Part shown: in pieces, positions 16,540-24,421 of the stretch
How the letters are laid out: each line of letters starts with the position of its first letter
Position numbering within the stretch: the stretch's first letter is position 1
Position numbers and translations under genes: made by a program
IMG/VR virus record: IMGVR_UViG_3300037851_000239
Coordinates: 1 to 30,110 of that record
Reading direction: 5' to 3' (one strand)
Source: a virus
Lineage: Duplodnaviria > Caudoviricetes
DNA length: 30,110 nucleotides
The notes under the pieces: model-generated
What the model saw: only the letters and a program-made list of their open reading frames with translations
The model's database searches: none
What the model was told of the DNA's origin: nothing

Positions 16540-16779
16540 ATGTTTGTTTGCTCGATCTGCGGTAAGCTCTCCAAGAGGGGAGAAACGGCCACTCGCATCC
16601 TCACCTGCATCCGTCGGCGGGCGTACGACAACAAGACGAAAATCTCCTACGGGTGGGAGATCATCAACGAGGGCGTGTCGGCGACGTCGCACAATCACAC
16701 CCTGATCGACACCCTGTTGGCGGAGAAGTTCCCCTTCCCCTTCTCGGCGAAGCAGCCGCTCATCATCGACAAGCTGTAG
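16540..16779 (+). CDS. hypothetical protein with CSIC motif
   Basis: 79 aa, GAGGG RBS. Confidence 0.7.
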   Translation: MFVCSICGKLSKRGETATRILTCIRRRAYDNKTKISYGWEIINEGVSATSHNHTLIDTLLAEKFPFPFSAKQPLIIDKL

Positions 16780-16783
16780 GACA

Positions 16784-18499
16784 ATGCCAGTTAGCCACAT
16801 AATTCGCCCTGACTGTCCGAAGTGCGGGAAGCCTGCAAAGGAGAAGTCTAGCTTCGTCGCAGTGCTTCCCAAGCAAGTCAACGGCGAGATGAAGCCGCAG
16901 AGAACGAAGATCATCCTCCTCGAGTGTGGTCACACAATCACGGAGGAAAAGCTCGAGAAGATCTCATTCGACGGATTCACTAACGTCGATGGATCGAAGA
17001 CGCTCTTTCCCTTCCAAGCTGAGGCATGTCGTCGAGCAGTCGAAGCGAATTTCAAGGTGCTTCTACGGCTCGACATGGGTCTCGGCAAGACGATAATTAG
17101 CTCGATCCTTCTCAGACACTATTGGAAGGATCTAACACCAGCTCTCATCATCTGCAAGGCGTCAATGACGGAACAGTGGATGATGGAGCTTCTAGACTGG
17201 TGCCCGGATAGGCTGGTTCAAGTCCTCGAGACGTCGAGAGAAACTCCCTGTAAGGGAATCAAACTCTTTATCGCCTCGCAGGATCTGCTAGCTCCCCGTT
17301 ACAACAGGAGAGAGAGGGTCGAGAAGGGCGGATTGCCCTGGCTGCGTGACTATCCCCTCAAGACGATCATCTACGACGAAGTCCAGCACATCAAGAATCC
17401 GGATGCAGCTCGTACGCGCTTCGTCCAGGATTTGGCCGCCAAGACAGAGCGTTTCATCGCCCTCTCAGGCACTCCGATTAAGAACAACGCGGGTGAGTAC
17501 TTCAACATACTCAACATTCTCGATCCGATCAACTTCCGTTATCGTCAGGTGTTCTTCGACCAGTTCATCCACTACTACAACGATGATAATGGACGCCTGC
17601 GCATCGGCGGGCTCAAGCAGAGGAGCTACGAGAGATTCAAGCAACTAACGGCTCCATTCATTATTGAATACGACCGTGAAGTCGTGATGCCCCAGTTGCC
17701 ACAAATCTTCCGTCAGCGTAGATTTTTCCATCTTGACGAAGAAGTGAATAAGGCGTACAAGAAGGAGTTAGGCAACTTCTTCGACATCTACGACGGCGAC
17801 AACGAAGAAGGCGCCTGGGCGAAGCAGCGTGCTCTAGGCCAGTCCCTCATGAAGATGTACCACATGGTGGGATTCGCCAAGGTCGAGCCGATTGTCGACT
17901 ATGTTACACAGTGGCTCGAAGAACACGACGAGGAGAAGGATCTCCTGGCCTACGGCAACGGCGACGGCAAAGAGATCAAGCTCAGAGCGAAGCCTAAGAT
18001 CGTCATCTTCATTCACCACATCGACGTGGGGACGACGATCGAATCTCGCCTCAATCAAGTTCTAGGGGAGAGAGGCGACGCGCCTTGTTCACGGCTCCTG
18101 GGTGGACTCTCCGGAGAACAGAGTTCGCTCATCGAAAAGGACTTCCGAGACAATCCCAAACGCCGCGTGCTCGTAGCCTCAACTCTGGCTGCTGGAGAGG
18201 GTAAGAACTTCCAGTTCTGCTCCGATGCCGTTATGGGCGAGAGACAGTGGAATCCTCCGAACGAGTATCAGGCGGAGTGCAGATTCCCGAGGCCCGGCTC
18301 GACGGCTTCCCAAGTCAATGTTCTCTATCCCACGGCCATCGGTACCTTTGACGAGTATCAGGCAGAGCTCGTGGAGAAGAAGAGGGCATACCTCGCTACG
18401 GTGAAGGGCAAGTGGTCCGACTACACGGAGTCGGAGTTCATGAAAGATCTCATTCAGAAGCTCGCAACGGAGGGACGAGCGAAGTGGAGAGGGATGTGA
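16784..18499 (+). CDS. SNF2-family helicase with N-terminal Zn finger
   Basis: DMGLGKT, YDEVQH, LSGTPIKN, AAGEGKNF, QWNP..QAECR..RPG; N-terminal CPKC..CGH. Confidence 0.92.
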   Translation: MPVSHIIRPDCPKCGKPAKEKSSFVAVLPKQVNGEMKPQRTKIILLECGHTITEEKLEKISFDGFTNVDGSKTLFPFQAEACRRAVEANFKVLLRLDMGLGKTIISSILLRHYWKDLTPALIICKASMTEQWMMELLDWCPDRLVQVLETSRETPCKGIKLFIASQDLLAPRYNRRERVEKGGLPWLRDYPLKTIIYDEVQHIKNPDAARTRFVQDLAAKTERFIALSGTPIKNNAGEYFNILNILDPINFRYRQVFFDQFIHYYNDDNGRLRIGGLKQRSYERFKQLTAPFIIEYDREVVMPQLPQIFRQRRFFHLDEEVNKAYKKELGNFFDIYDGDNEEGAWAKQRALGQSLMKMYHMVGFAKVEPIVDYVTQWLEEHDEEKDLLAYGNGDGKEIKLRAKPKIVIFIHHIDVGTTIESRLNQVLGERGDAPCSRLLGGLSGEQSSLIEKDFRDNPKRRVLVASTLAAGEGKNFQFCSDAVMGERQWNPPNEYQAECRFPRPGSTASQVNVLYPTAIGTFDEYQAELVEKKRAYLATVKGKWSDYTESEFMKDLIQKLATEGRAKWRGM

Positions 18500-18651
18500 G
18501 GCGTTGGAGTTCTATCGTCGGGATCGCGCTGGCGAACGCTGTGGTCGCCGTGGTCAACTATTTCCTGGACCCTGGCGATATTAGCTTCGCCGGCGCGGTG
18601 TTCGTTCTTCTCGGAACGATGGTCGTTATAGTAGTGGAGAGGCCACAATGA
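18496..18651 (+). CDS. 51-aa two-TM membrane protein
   Basis: GTGA-coupled start at 18496; two hydrophobic helices. Confidence 0.65.
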   Translation: MRRWSSIVGIALANAVVAVVNYFLDPGDISFAGAVFVLLGTMVVIVVERPQ

Positions 18652-18812
18652 ACGTGGTTAGGATTAAGGTCAAGATCAACGCCGAGGTTACTATCCCCGA
18701 AAAATTCGACGAGAAGCTTCGTCAGGGGGATGATGCGACCTTTGAGGCCCTAGAGGAGGAAATCCAATCGGGACGGCTACAACTCTCAAAGGTCCACGTC
18801 GAGATCGACTAA
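18648..18812 (+). CDS. 54-aa hypothetical protein (not in ORF track)
   Basis: MNVVRIKVKINAEVTIPEKFDEKLRQGDDATFEALEEEIQSGRLQLSKVHVEID; ATGA and TAATG coupling; GGAGAGG RBS. Confidence 0.75.
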   Translation: MNVVRIKVKINAEVTIPEKFDEKLRQGDDATFEALEEEIQSGRLQLSKVHVEID

Positions 18813-19465
18813 TGGGCTGGCTCAAGAATCATCTCGAAACGTTCGTGGAGCCCGTCTCAAAAGAGCTGGGTACGATTCCGTCTGATCCGTGGCTTAACGA
18901 GATACGAGGATCGTACTATAAGAGACTTACTCCAGAGCAGATGACAGTTGTCAAGAACGCTTGGAGGGCGGCAAAGTCTCGCTCTGAAGGAAAGACCCTG
19001 CTCTTGATGGGAAGGGACGTATGGATCTTCGAGGTATTAGCTCGCCGTGAGGGCTACCCCACAATCTTCGACCCGTCCTGCTCTCGTCAGACGTGCTACC
19101 ACGAGAAGTTCAAAAAGTTCGACTCCAAGAGACATATTCTCCTCGATACAGGGTTCGCGGGAAGTATCGCGACTGCATTGAAGGTCAAGTGTCTTCTACT
19201 CTCCGCCGACATACATCCCGGTAGTCCGGTAGCAAAGAGTCAGATTTTCCCCCTGCTTACTGGATCAAGGAGTCTCGCACTATTCCTCGAGAACTTGCCG
19301 AAGTACTGGGAGTCGGCGCAGATCGTCAATGGAGAGATACAGCAGAAATACTCGCACGTCAAAGAGTTTAGGCTTGCAGCTCAACTGACTCAAGACGTGT
19401 ACAAAGACTCTAGTCCACGATTCGTGGCTAGGAGAAAGCCATTGGGAGAGACTATGACTTACTAG
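18812..19465 (+). CDS. phosphoribosyltransferase-like protein (glycan-PRT-like motifs)
   Basis: LLLMGRD ... CSR ... ILLDTGFAGSI resembles the FLxRDG/SR/VDxGxxG(S/T) signature; the ORF is solid, the product is inferred. Confidence 0.5.
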   Translation: MGWLKNHLETFVEPVSKELGTIPSDPWLNEIRGSYYKRLTPEQMTVVKNAWRAAKSRSEGKTLLLMGRDVWIFEVLARREGYPTIFDPSCSRQTCYHEKFKKFDSKRHILLDTGFAGSIATALKVKCLLLSADIHPGSPVAKSQIFPLLTGSRSLALFLENLPKYWESAQIVNGEIQQKYSHVKEFRLAAQLTQDVYKDSSPRFVARRKPLGETMTY

Positions 19466-19727
19466 AGTGACTAAACTGTATTTCGTCGACGTAAGGAATT
19501 AGACTGGCGAGGCTGAGCAACTCCGGCTCAGTAGCCGAATTAACAAAGTGCGGACTATGACTAACTAGCCAGCTTACAAAGGAAAGATGGATAGGACAAT
19601 GACCTGAACGTAAATCAACGAGAGCGAATGCCTTAATTCTAAAATTGCCTGGCGGTCCCCCGGAACTACGCTGGGGAATGGAGGGCAAAGGATGGCTCGA
19701 GGACCTTAGCGTACAAGCCTTTTCGAT
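19466..19727 (+). ncRNA. candidate structured non-coding RNA
   Basis: ~260-nt gap with no convincing plus-strand ORF in a tightly packed operon and several nested stems; no known family recognised. Confidence 0.35.
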
Positions 19728-19770
19728 CCTCGTTCCTGCCTATGGATCCTACCATAGGCAGCATAGGAGG
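19728..19770 (+). promoter_or_regulatory. conserved RBS-proximal hairpin element, copy 1
   Basis: CCTCGTTCCTGCC-tatgg/ccata stem-GGCAGCATAGGAGG, 7 nt before ATG. Confidence 0.75.
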
Positions 19771-19777
19771 AGTCGAG

Positions 19778-19966
19778 ATGACTAAGAGAGAGTCGATTAC
19801 GGACAAGATCCGGCGCCGCATTCGTCGGTTCCTCGAGACGGGGCTAGATCAGCCTCGGGTGTACTTCGAGAGCACGTCGTGGGGCGTCTACAAGCTGGAG
19901 CACGATGTCGTCGATATCCCCTTCTTCGTGGATCGCAGGGGTCGTATCCACCTGTACGAGGGATAG
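19778..19966 (+). CDS. hypothetical protein
   Basis: 62 aa from ATG 19778 with AGGAGG RBS. Confidence 0.75.
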   Translation: MTKRESITDKIRRRIRRFLETGLDQPRVYFESTSWGVYKLEHDVVDIPFFVDRRGRIHLYEG

Positions 19967-20194
19967 ATGCCTGAAGTCAAATACCCAACTGACAATTATC
20001 CCAAAGCATCAATCTTCGTAGAGGACGAGCAGGCATATGTCCTCTGGTGGGTTGGTGGTGGACCTGAGGACGCTTGGAACATCCACCTTCGTTTGTGGAT
20101 TACGCTTGGCGGAGTGTGGAATTGCGAGATTCGCTTCGGCCGGAGTCATAGGCTCTATGACGTCGTGGTCATACCAGATCTGAGAACGATATGA
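19967..20194 (+). CDS. hypothetical Trp-rich protein
   Basis: 75 aa, abuts the upstream stop. Confidence 0.65.
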   Translation: MPEVKYPTDNYPKASIFVEDEQAYVLWWVGGGPEDAWNIHLRLWITLGGVWNCEIRFGRSHRLYDVVVIPDLRTI

Positions 20195-20322
20195 CCGCTG
20201 ATCCCCGAGTCCATCGTCATGAGTGTCCCGCTTGCGACAGGATCTTCTACTGTCTAAAGTTCAATTGTCAAGATCTCTACTATCGTCTCTGCGGCGTATG
20301 CAAGGATCTAAGGAGAAAGTGA
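20191..20322 (+). CDS. 43-aa Zn-finger protein (not in ORF track)
   Basis: MTADPRVHRHECPACDRIFYCLKFNCQDLYYRLCGVCKDLRRK; ATGA and TGATG coupling. Confidence 0.7.
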   Translation: MTADPRVHRHECPACDRIFYCLKFNCQDLYYRLCGVCKDLRRK

Positions 20323-20561
20323 TGAGCGGAAAGCAGCAGGAGAAGAAGTCGGGTGAGACAAAGAAGCACCGGAGGGCCAAGCACTTCCAGGCCCCTCGTC
20401 GCCGCGTGCCGAATCGGATCAAGCGTCCGCACAAGTGCACCATCTGCATGGGTCATGTGCGTGTCAACAGGCACGGTCGTACCTCATGGCACAGGAATCC
20501 GGTGAGCCAGCGAGATCAAGGTAAGTGGTGCGACGGTAGCCGCATGAGGGTCAAGAAGTAG
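20322..20561 (+). CDS. basic Zn-finger protein
   Basis: 79 aa from ATG 20322 (AAGGAG RBS); CTIC..H..CDGS. Confidence 0.7.
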   Translation: MSGKQQEKKSGETKKHRRAKHFQAPRRRVPNRIKRPHKCTICMGHVRVNRHGRTSWHRNPVSQRDQGKWCDGSRMRVKK

Positions 20562-20570
20562 CTACTTCCT

Positions 20571-20585
20571 GTTCAGACCCTGAAC
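20571..20585. promoter_or_regulatory. dispersed palindromic site, copy 5
   Basis: TCCT-GTTCAGACCCTGAAC-GG, intergenic. Confidence 0.7.
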
Positions 20586-20599
20586 GGAATCGGTGAAGT

Positions 20600-20779
20600 A
20601 TGGGCAAGTTAATTATCGAGTATTGGTGGGACGGAGTAAATATCGTATGGGAGTTCTTCCCTCCTCTGGGACTCGTTGTACTCTGTGTTAGTACCCCACT
20701 TGCTTGGGCTTGCCTGATGATGGATCTTGTAGTTACCATCTGGCGATTTCTTTCCAACTCAGGGCTTGAACAGAGTTAG
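20600..20779 (+). CDS. 59-aa membrane protein (not in ORF track)
   Basis: MGKLIIEYWWDGVNIVWEFFPPLGLVVLCVSTPLAWACLMMDLVVTIWRFLSNSGLEQS; GGTGA RBS; fills the gap. Confidence 0.6.
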   Translation: MGKLIIEYWWDGVNIVWEFFPPLGLVVLCVSTPLAWACLMMDLVVTIWRFLSNSGLEQS

Positions 20780-20787
20780 GAGGTTAA

Positions 20788-21156
20788 ATGGCAATTTGTG
20801 CGGACTGCGACAAGACCGTCGAGATAGATGCACACGGGAAATGCAAGACCTGTGGTTCCTCCTCAATCTTGATTCCCCAAGTAAGTGGCTTTTTAGCACT
20901 ACAAAGGTCCGATGAAATTTCTGCTCAGCAAGTCATCGAGGAGGCCAATCGTGTCATCACTCGATTCCACGGAGAGGAAGTCTCCTATCTTAACCAGCTT
21001 GGCGTCCTTCTTGTTTCCGCGCGTAACGCGCGTCTACGTGGGATGCGATTTGGAGACTACTTCGAGGCAGTCTATCAGATGTGGGCCCTCTCAATTGACA
21101 TCGAGGAGTCGGAAGAGGGGATTTCTCACGGATCATATCAAGTCAAGGGAGATTGA
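20788..21156 (+). CDS. hypothetical protein with N-terminal Zn ribbon
   Basis: 122 aa, AGGAGGT RBS, CADC..CKTC. Confidence 0.8.
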   Translation: MAICADCDKTVEIDAHGKCKTCGSSSILIPQVSGFLALQRSDEISAQQVIEEANRVITRFHGEEVSYLNQLGVLLVSARNARLRGMRFGDYFEAVYQMWALSIDIEESEEGISHGSYQVKGD

Positions 21157-21298
21157 TCCTTGCTACCTGCGATACAGGGTCATATGTCGAACTGTGTCGC
21201 AGATTGTAGACTCCAAGAGCGGTGAAGTCGTATACGAAGACGATGACGAGGAGAGAGCAACAAGCGCATTTGAATATCTTAGATACGGGAAGGAGTAG
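21095..21298 (+). CDS. small hypothetical protein, start uncertain
   Basis: Open frame ending ..QIVDSKSGEVVYEDDDEERATSAFEYLRYGKE fills the gap; no clear start or RBS. Confidence 0.35.
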   Translation: MTSRSRKRGFLTDHIKSREIDPCYLRYRVICRTVSQIVDSKSGEVVYEDDDEERATSAFEYLRYGKE

Positions 21299-21301
21299 AA
21301 G

Positions 21302-21505
21302 ATGAAGCCCGTTTTCGTCTACGCACATAAGGATGAAGAGATCGAGGACATCTCCGATCTCATGGAACTCATGGAGATTGGGGCATACGGTGACTCAATC
21401 GAAGAGGCGAAGAAGTCGATTGAGGAGTGCGTAGAAGATGGTGATATCGGTGATATGCCAGAAGACTACCGGATCTACAAGGTGACTGGCGAGAAGGTCG
21501 AGTAA
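21302..21505 (+). CDS. acidic protein with HicB-like motif
   Basis: 67 aa, AAGGAG RBS; GAYGDSIEEAKKSIEE. Confidence 0.6.
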   Translation: MKPVFVYAHKDEEIEDISDLMELMEIGAYGDSIEEAKKSIEECVEDGDIGDMPEDYRIYKVTGEKVE

Positions 21506-21510
21506 GTCTA

Positions 21511-22377
21511 ATGAGGTATCTCAAGACCTCCCCAAACTCACTCAACTTGTCGGCATGTATGACCAAATATATGTACGACAAGATCGTCGAGGCGGCTCCA
21601 GAGAAGAAGCCTGACTACCTCGACAAGGGCGACATGATGCATATCATGCTCGCTGAGTATTACAGGCTCAAGATGCTTCCTCCATCTGATCGTCCTGCTC
21701 ATGCTCTTATGATCGAGCAGGCGATAGAGAAGGGGCGATTCAAGGCTATATCTCTCGACGTAGAGATCGAAGCGTCGGAAGACGAGGTCATCCCCACCTT
21801 TAGGGAATACTGTCTGTTCTGGCAGAATGATCCTGAGTATCCAATAGCCATCGAGCAGCCAGTAGCACTTCCACTCTTCGAGCGCCCCGATACGGATGAA
21901 GAAGAGGGAGTCACAATCATCATCGAGATGATCGTTGACATCATCTTCGAGAATCGTCAGGGGCATCAGACTTGGACGGATCATAAGACCCGTCAGAGGA
22001 ATCGCACAGCGGTGCCGCTCTCGAATCAGTTTATCGCATATGCGTGGGCGAGTGGAGCTGGTCGCTCGATGCGGAACAACATTGGCTTCCAGAAGACGCT
22101 CGCTTCCGAGAAGAAGTTTACCCGAGATTTCTTCGTATATCCTCGACCCGTCATTGATTGGTGGGTAGGCTGGAGCTCTTACCGAGCACAGTTTATCGAC
22201 GCCTGCGTGAAGGCAGACAACTATCCTCCCGACTTCACTCAGTGCGACAAATACGATGGATGCTGGTTCGAGGATATCTGTATGCAGTCTCCGAATGATC
22301 GCCAGAGATTCCTCAATGAGAACTTCATCAAGAGGCAGAGGCGGCACTTGAGCATTTACGATAGGAGAGGAGAATGA
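21511..22377 (+). CDS. PD-(D/E)XK Cas4/RecB-like exonuclease
   Basis: C near the N-terminus, GDMMH, IEQ, IVD, DHKT, Q..AY and a C-terminal C..C..C cluster (putative Fe-S). Confidence 0.85.
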   Translation: MRYLKTSPNSLNLSACMTKYMYDKIVEAAPEKKPDYLDKGDMMHIMLAEYYRLKMLPPSDRPAHALMIEQAIEKGRFKAISLDVEIEASEDEVIPTFREYCLFWQNDPEYPIAIEQPVALPLFERPDTDEEEGVTIIIEMIVDIIFENRQGHQTWTDHKTRQRNRTAVPLSNQFIAYAWASGAGRSMRNNIGFQKTLASEKKFTRDFFVYPRPVIDWWVGWSSYRAQFIDACVKADNYPPDFTQCDKYDGCWFEDICMQSPNDRQRFLNENFIKRQRRHLSIYDRRGE

Positions 22378-22583
22378 TCCGCGTTAACCTCGCTGCTCCC
22401 CAGAAGAGACGGGATGGACCACCTTACTTCGCCTGTTTATCTCCCCATCCATATGACCACGAAATCTACCTCTCCCTCCTGCTTCCGAGAAACTCGTTCG
22501 TGATGATCCTGGTCAAAAGATCGGATACAGCTTACTACAACCTCCGTAAGGTGACGGATGTTGTAGAGAATAAGGATAACTAG
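22374..22583 (+). CDS. hypothetical protein
   Basis: 69 aa, ATGA coupling, GGAGAGGAG RBS. Confidence 0.7.
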   Translation: MIRVNLAAPQKRRDGPPYFACLSPHPYDHEIYLSLLLPRNSFVMILVKRSDTAYYNLRKVTDVVENKDN

Positions 22584-23420
22584 ATGCCCTCACTAGACGT
22601 TGTCAAGCCAGCCGATCGTTTCAAAGCAATGCACGTCGGTCGAAGTGGAGGAGGCAAGACAGTTGGTGCGGCGTCACTTGCACGCCTTGCGCCTCCAGGT
22701 GAGAAGGTTTACATCTTCGACACCGATGGGCGTATTCGTCCAATCCTCAAGCTGTTCCCCGACTTGGCGAATAAGATCGACTTCGACAGTTACGGAATTG
22801 GGGACTTCACCAAGCTCTGGGACAAGATTGGATGGCTTCTCGACTACCCCGACAAGTACTGGGGAGCAATCCTCGATGGTCTAACGATGTTAGCCGACAT
22901 GACCATCGGATACTCGATCAATCTTACCCAGAACAAGTCGGACAAGATGAAGGTTGGCGTCCTTGAGATGCCAGAGATCCAGGACTACAAGGCGGAGCAG
23001 CGTGGAGTCTCCGCTGTCTTGGACCAGCTTCGTTCGTTTCCGCGCCACTTCATCTTGACGGCACACCTCGTGACCATTTCCTATCAGGTCATGAAGAAGG
23101 TAGGAGGAAAGGCCGTCCAAGAAGATCGAGTCGAGAGGATGGTCGTGACTCAAGGGCGTAAAGTTGCACCCAAGGTCCCCATCTTCTTCGACGAAATCTA
23201 CCTCTTCATGCCTGAAGTTGCAGGAATGCTCGGCAATCCTCCAAAGTTCATCGTGCACACCTGTGCGAATGAGTACTATGAGGAATGTCGTTCCGCTCTC
23301 TCCCTTCCCACGATGATCGACTGGACAATGCGCCCCGGTGAGAAGGGGCTCTATGAGAGAATCATCGACGAAATCAAGAAGAACAGTCCGGATCTCGCAG
23401 CGAAACTGTTGGAGAAGTAA
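22584..23420 (+). CDS. AAA_24/Sak4-like P-loop ATPase (recombinase)
   Basis: GRSGGGKT, FDTD, ILDGLT, ILTAH; lies between the exonuclease and the SSB, as in Sak4 modules. Confidence 0.85.
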   Translation: MPSLDVVKPADRFKAMHVGRSGGGKTVGAASLARLAPPGEKVYIFDTDGRIRPILKLFPDLANKIDFDSYGIGDFTKLWDKIGWLLDYPDKYWGAILDGLTMLADMTIGYSINLTQNKSDKMKVGVLEMPEIQDYKAEQRGVSAVLDQLRSFPRHFILTAHLVTISYQVMKKVGGKAVQEDRVERMVVTQGRKVAPKVPIFFDEIYLFMPEVAGMLGNPPKFIVHTCANEYYEECRSALSLPTMIDWTMRPGEKGLYERIIDEIKKNSPDLAAKLLEK

Positions 23421-23422
23421 TC

Positions 23423-23605
23423 ATGTCCGATAGCGTCTTCCAGGTATGGAGATGTAACGACTGCAATGCACCTCGTATATGGGGAGCTTCCGTATGCGAG
23501 GATCCGAACCGTCTGGTTTATTTATTCTGTGAGCTGTGCCGCGGGATGAAGTTGCATCACTTCCTGAGACACAAATTCGGTGCTCAGAACAAACTGGCCT
23601 CATAA
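23423..23605 (+). CDS. Zn-ribbon protein
   Basis: 60 aa; CNDC..CELC; GGAG RBS. Confidence 0.7.
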   Translation: MSDSVFQVWRCNDCNAPRIWGASVCEDPNRLVYLFCELCRGMKLHHFLRHKFGAQNKLAS

Positions 23606-23712
23606 GGCGGGTCTCTTGTGCATTCTCTACCTCGGAATATTGGTATGAATACCATAGACTGGAAAGAGAATGCACGCTACCATCCACTCGTAACGAAAGG
23701 AAGAAAGTCCAA

Positions 23713-24102
23713 ATGTCCATCAGAATGCGTTACACGGCCGAGGATCTGCTCAGGGGTACGGCTATCGACAAGGCAGCCTGGTATCCTGTTCACGTCAAGG
23801 ACGTCAGGGAATCCGAGGCCGAGACCGACGGCTCCCAGAACGTCATCGTCGACCTCGTCGTGGAGGACGGTGAGTTCAAGGGCGTTCCGGTGATGCGTTA
23901 CTTCAACGAGAAGGCGCCGGGCTTCATCAAGGACTACGCCGCAGCGAACGGGATTGACCTGGACGCATCCGGCGGTGTCTTCGACTTCGAGGCGACGAAG
24001 GGTGCCCACATCGACGCGTTCATCGAGCAGCGGAAGGACAACAAGGGCAACCTCCAGAACAACGTCTCCCGGTTCCGCAAGCGGCAGCAAGTCGTCGCGT
24101 AG
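23713..24102 (+). CDS. DUF669-like single-stranded DNA-binding protein
   Basis: 129 aa from ATG 23713 (AAAGGAAG RBS); AWYPVHVKDV..VEDGEFKG..NNVSRF OB-fold pattern; follows the AAA_24 ATPase. Confidence 0.75.
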   Translation: MSIRMRYTAEDLLRGTAIDKAAWYPVHVKDVRESEAETDGSQNVIVDLVVEDGEFKGVPVMRYFNEKAPGFIKDYAAANGIDLDASGGVFDFEATKGAHIDAFIEQRKDNKGNLQNNVSRFRKRQQVVA

Positions 24103-24217
24103 TAGTTCGTGATGGGGCTCTCCAGTTTCTAGATGGCGACTATACGATCAAGAGAGGTACGCGAAGCCCGCTAGTCACGGCCCCCAGCATTTCCCCAATA
24201 CAAAGAGGAGAAAATAA

Positions 24218-24358
24218 ATGAGCCGTTACTTCGCCGCTGATGAAGACTTGAAGGAAGAGGATCTCGAGAAGGAGGAAGAGCTCGAGAAGGAGGCCGAGAA
24301 GGAGGAAGGGGTCGAGGAGGAAGAGGAGGAGGAGGACGAGGAGGACGACGACGAGTAG
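24218..24358 (+). CDS. 46-aa hyper-acidic microprotein (not in ORF track)
   Basis: MSRYFAADEDLKEEDLEKEEELEKEAEKEEGVEEEEEEEDEEDDDE; GAGGAG RBS. Confidence 0.8.
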   Translation: MSRYFAADEDLKEEDLEKEEELEKEAEKEEGVEEEEEEEDEEDDDE

Positions 24359-24367
24359 ATAGCTATA

Positions 24368-24414
24368 CCTCGTTCCTGCCGAGGAGAACGAATCCTCCTC
24401 GGCAGCATAGGAGG
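24368..24414 (+). promoter_or_regulatory. conserved RBS-proximal hairpin element, copy 2
   Basis: CCTCGTTCCTGCC-gaggag/ctcctc stem-GGCAGCATAGGAGG, 7 nt before ATG. Confidence 0.75.
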
Positions 24415-24421
24415 TAATAGA

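Noticed and set aside
19640-19690. Cobalamin riboswitch, or group I/II intron fragments
   Set aside because: Only short resemblances (GCGGTCCC, AGCCAG, GTGCG) in the wrong order; core motifs are absent.
20756-20770. Additional palindrome-like sites (20756; also 3712)
   Set aside because: Three or more mismatches to the consensus, so they were not counted.
21511-22377. Cas4-like nuclease as part of a CRISPR system
   Set aside because: It sits in the ordinary exonuclease-ATPase-SSB recombination module; no array or other cas genes.
24114-24186. tRNA or tmRNA gene
   Set aside because: No GTTCRA T-loop and no D-arm or anticodon arm geometry; kept only as a low-interest structure.
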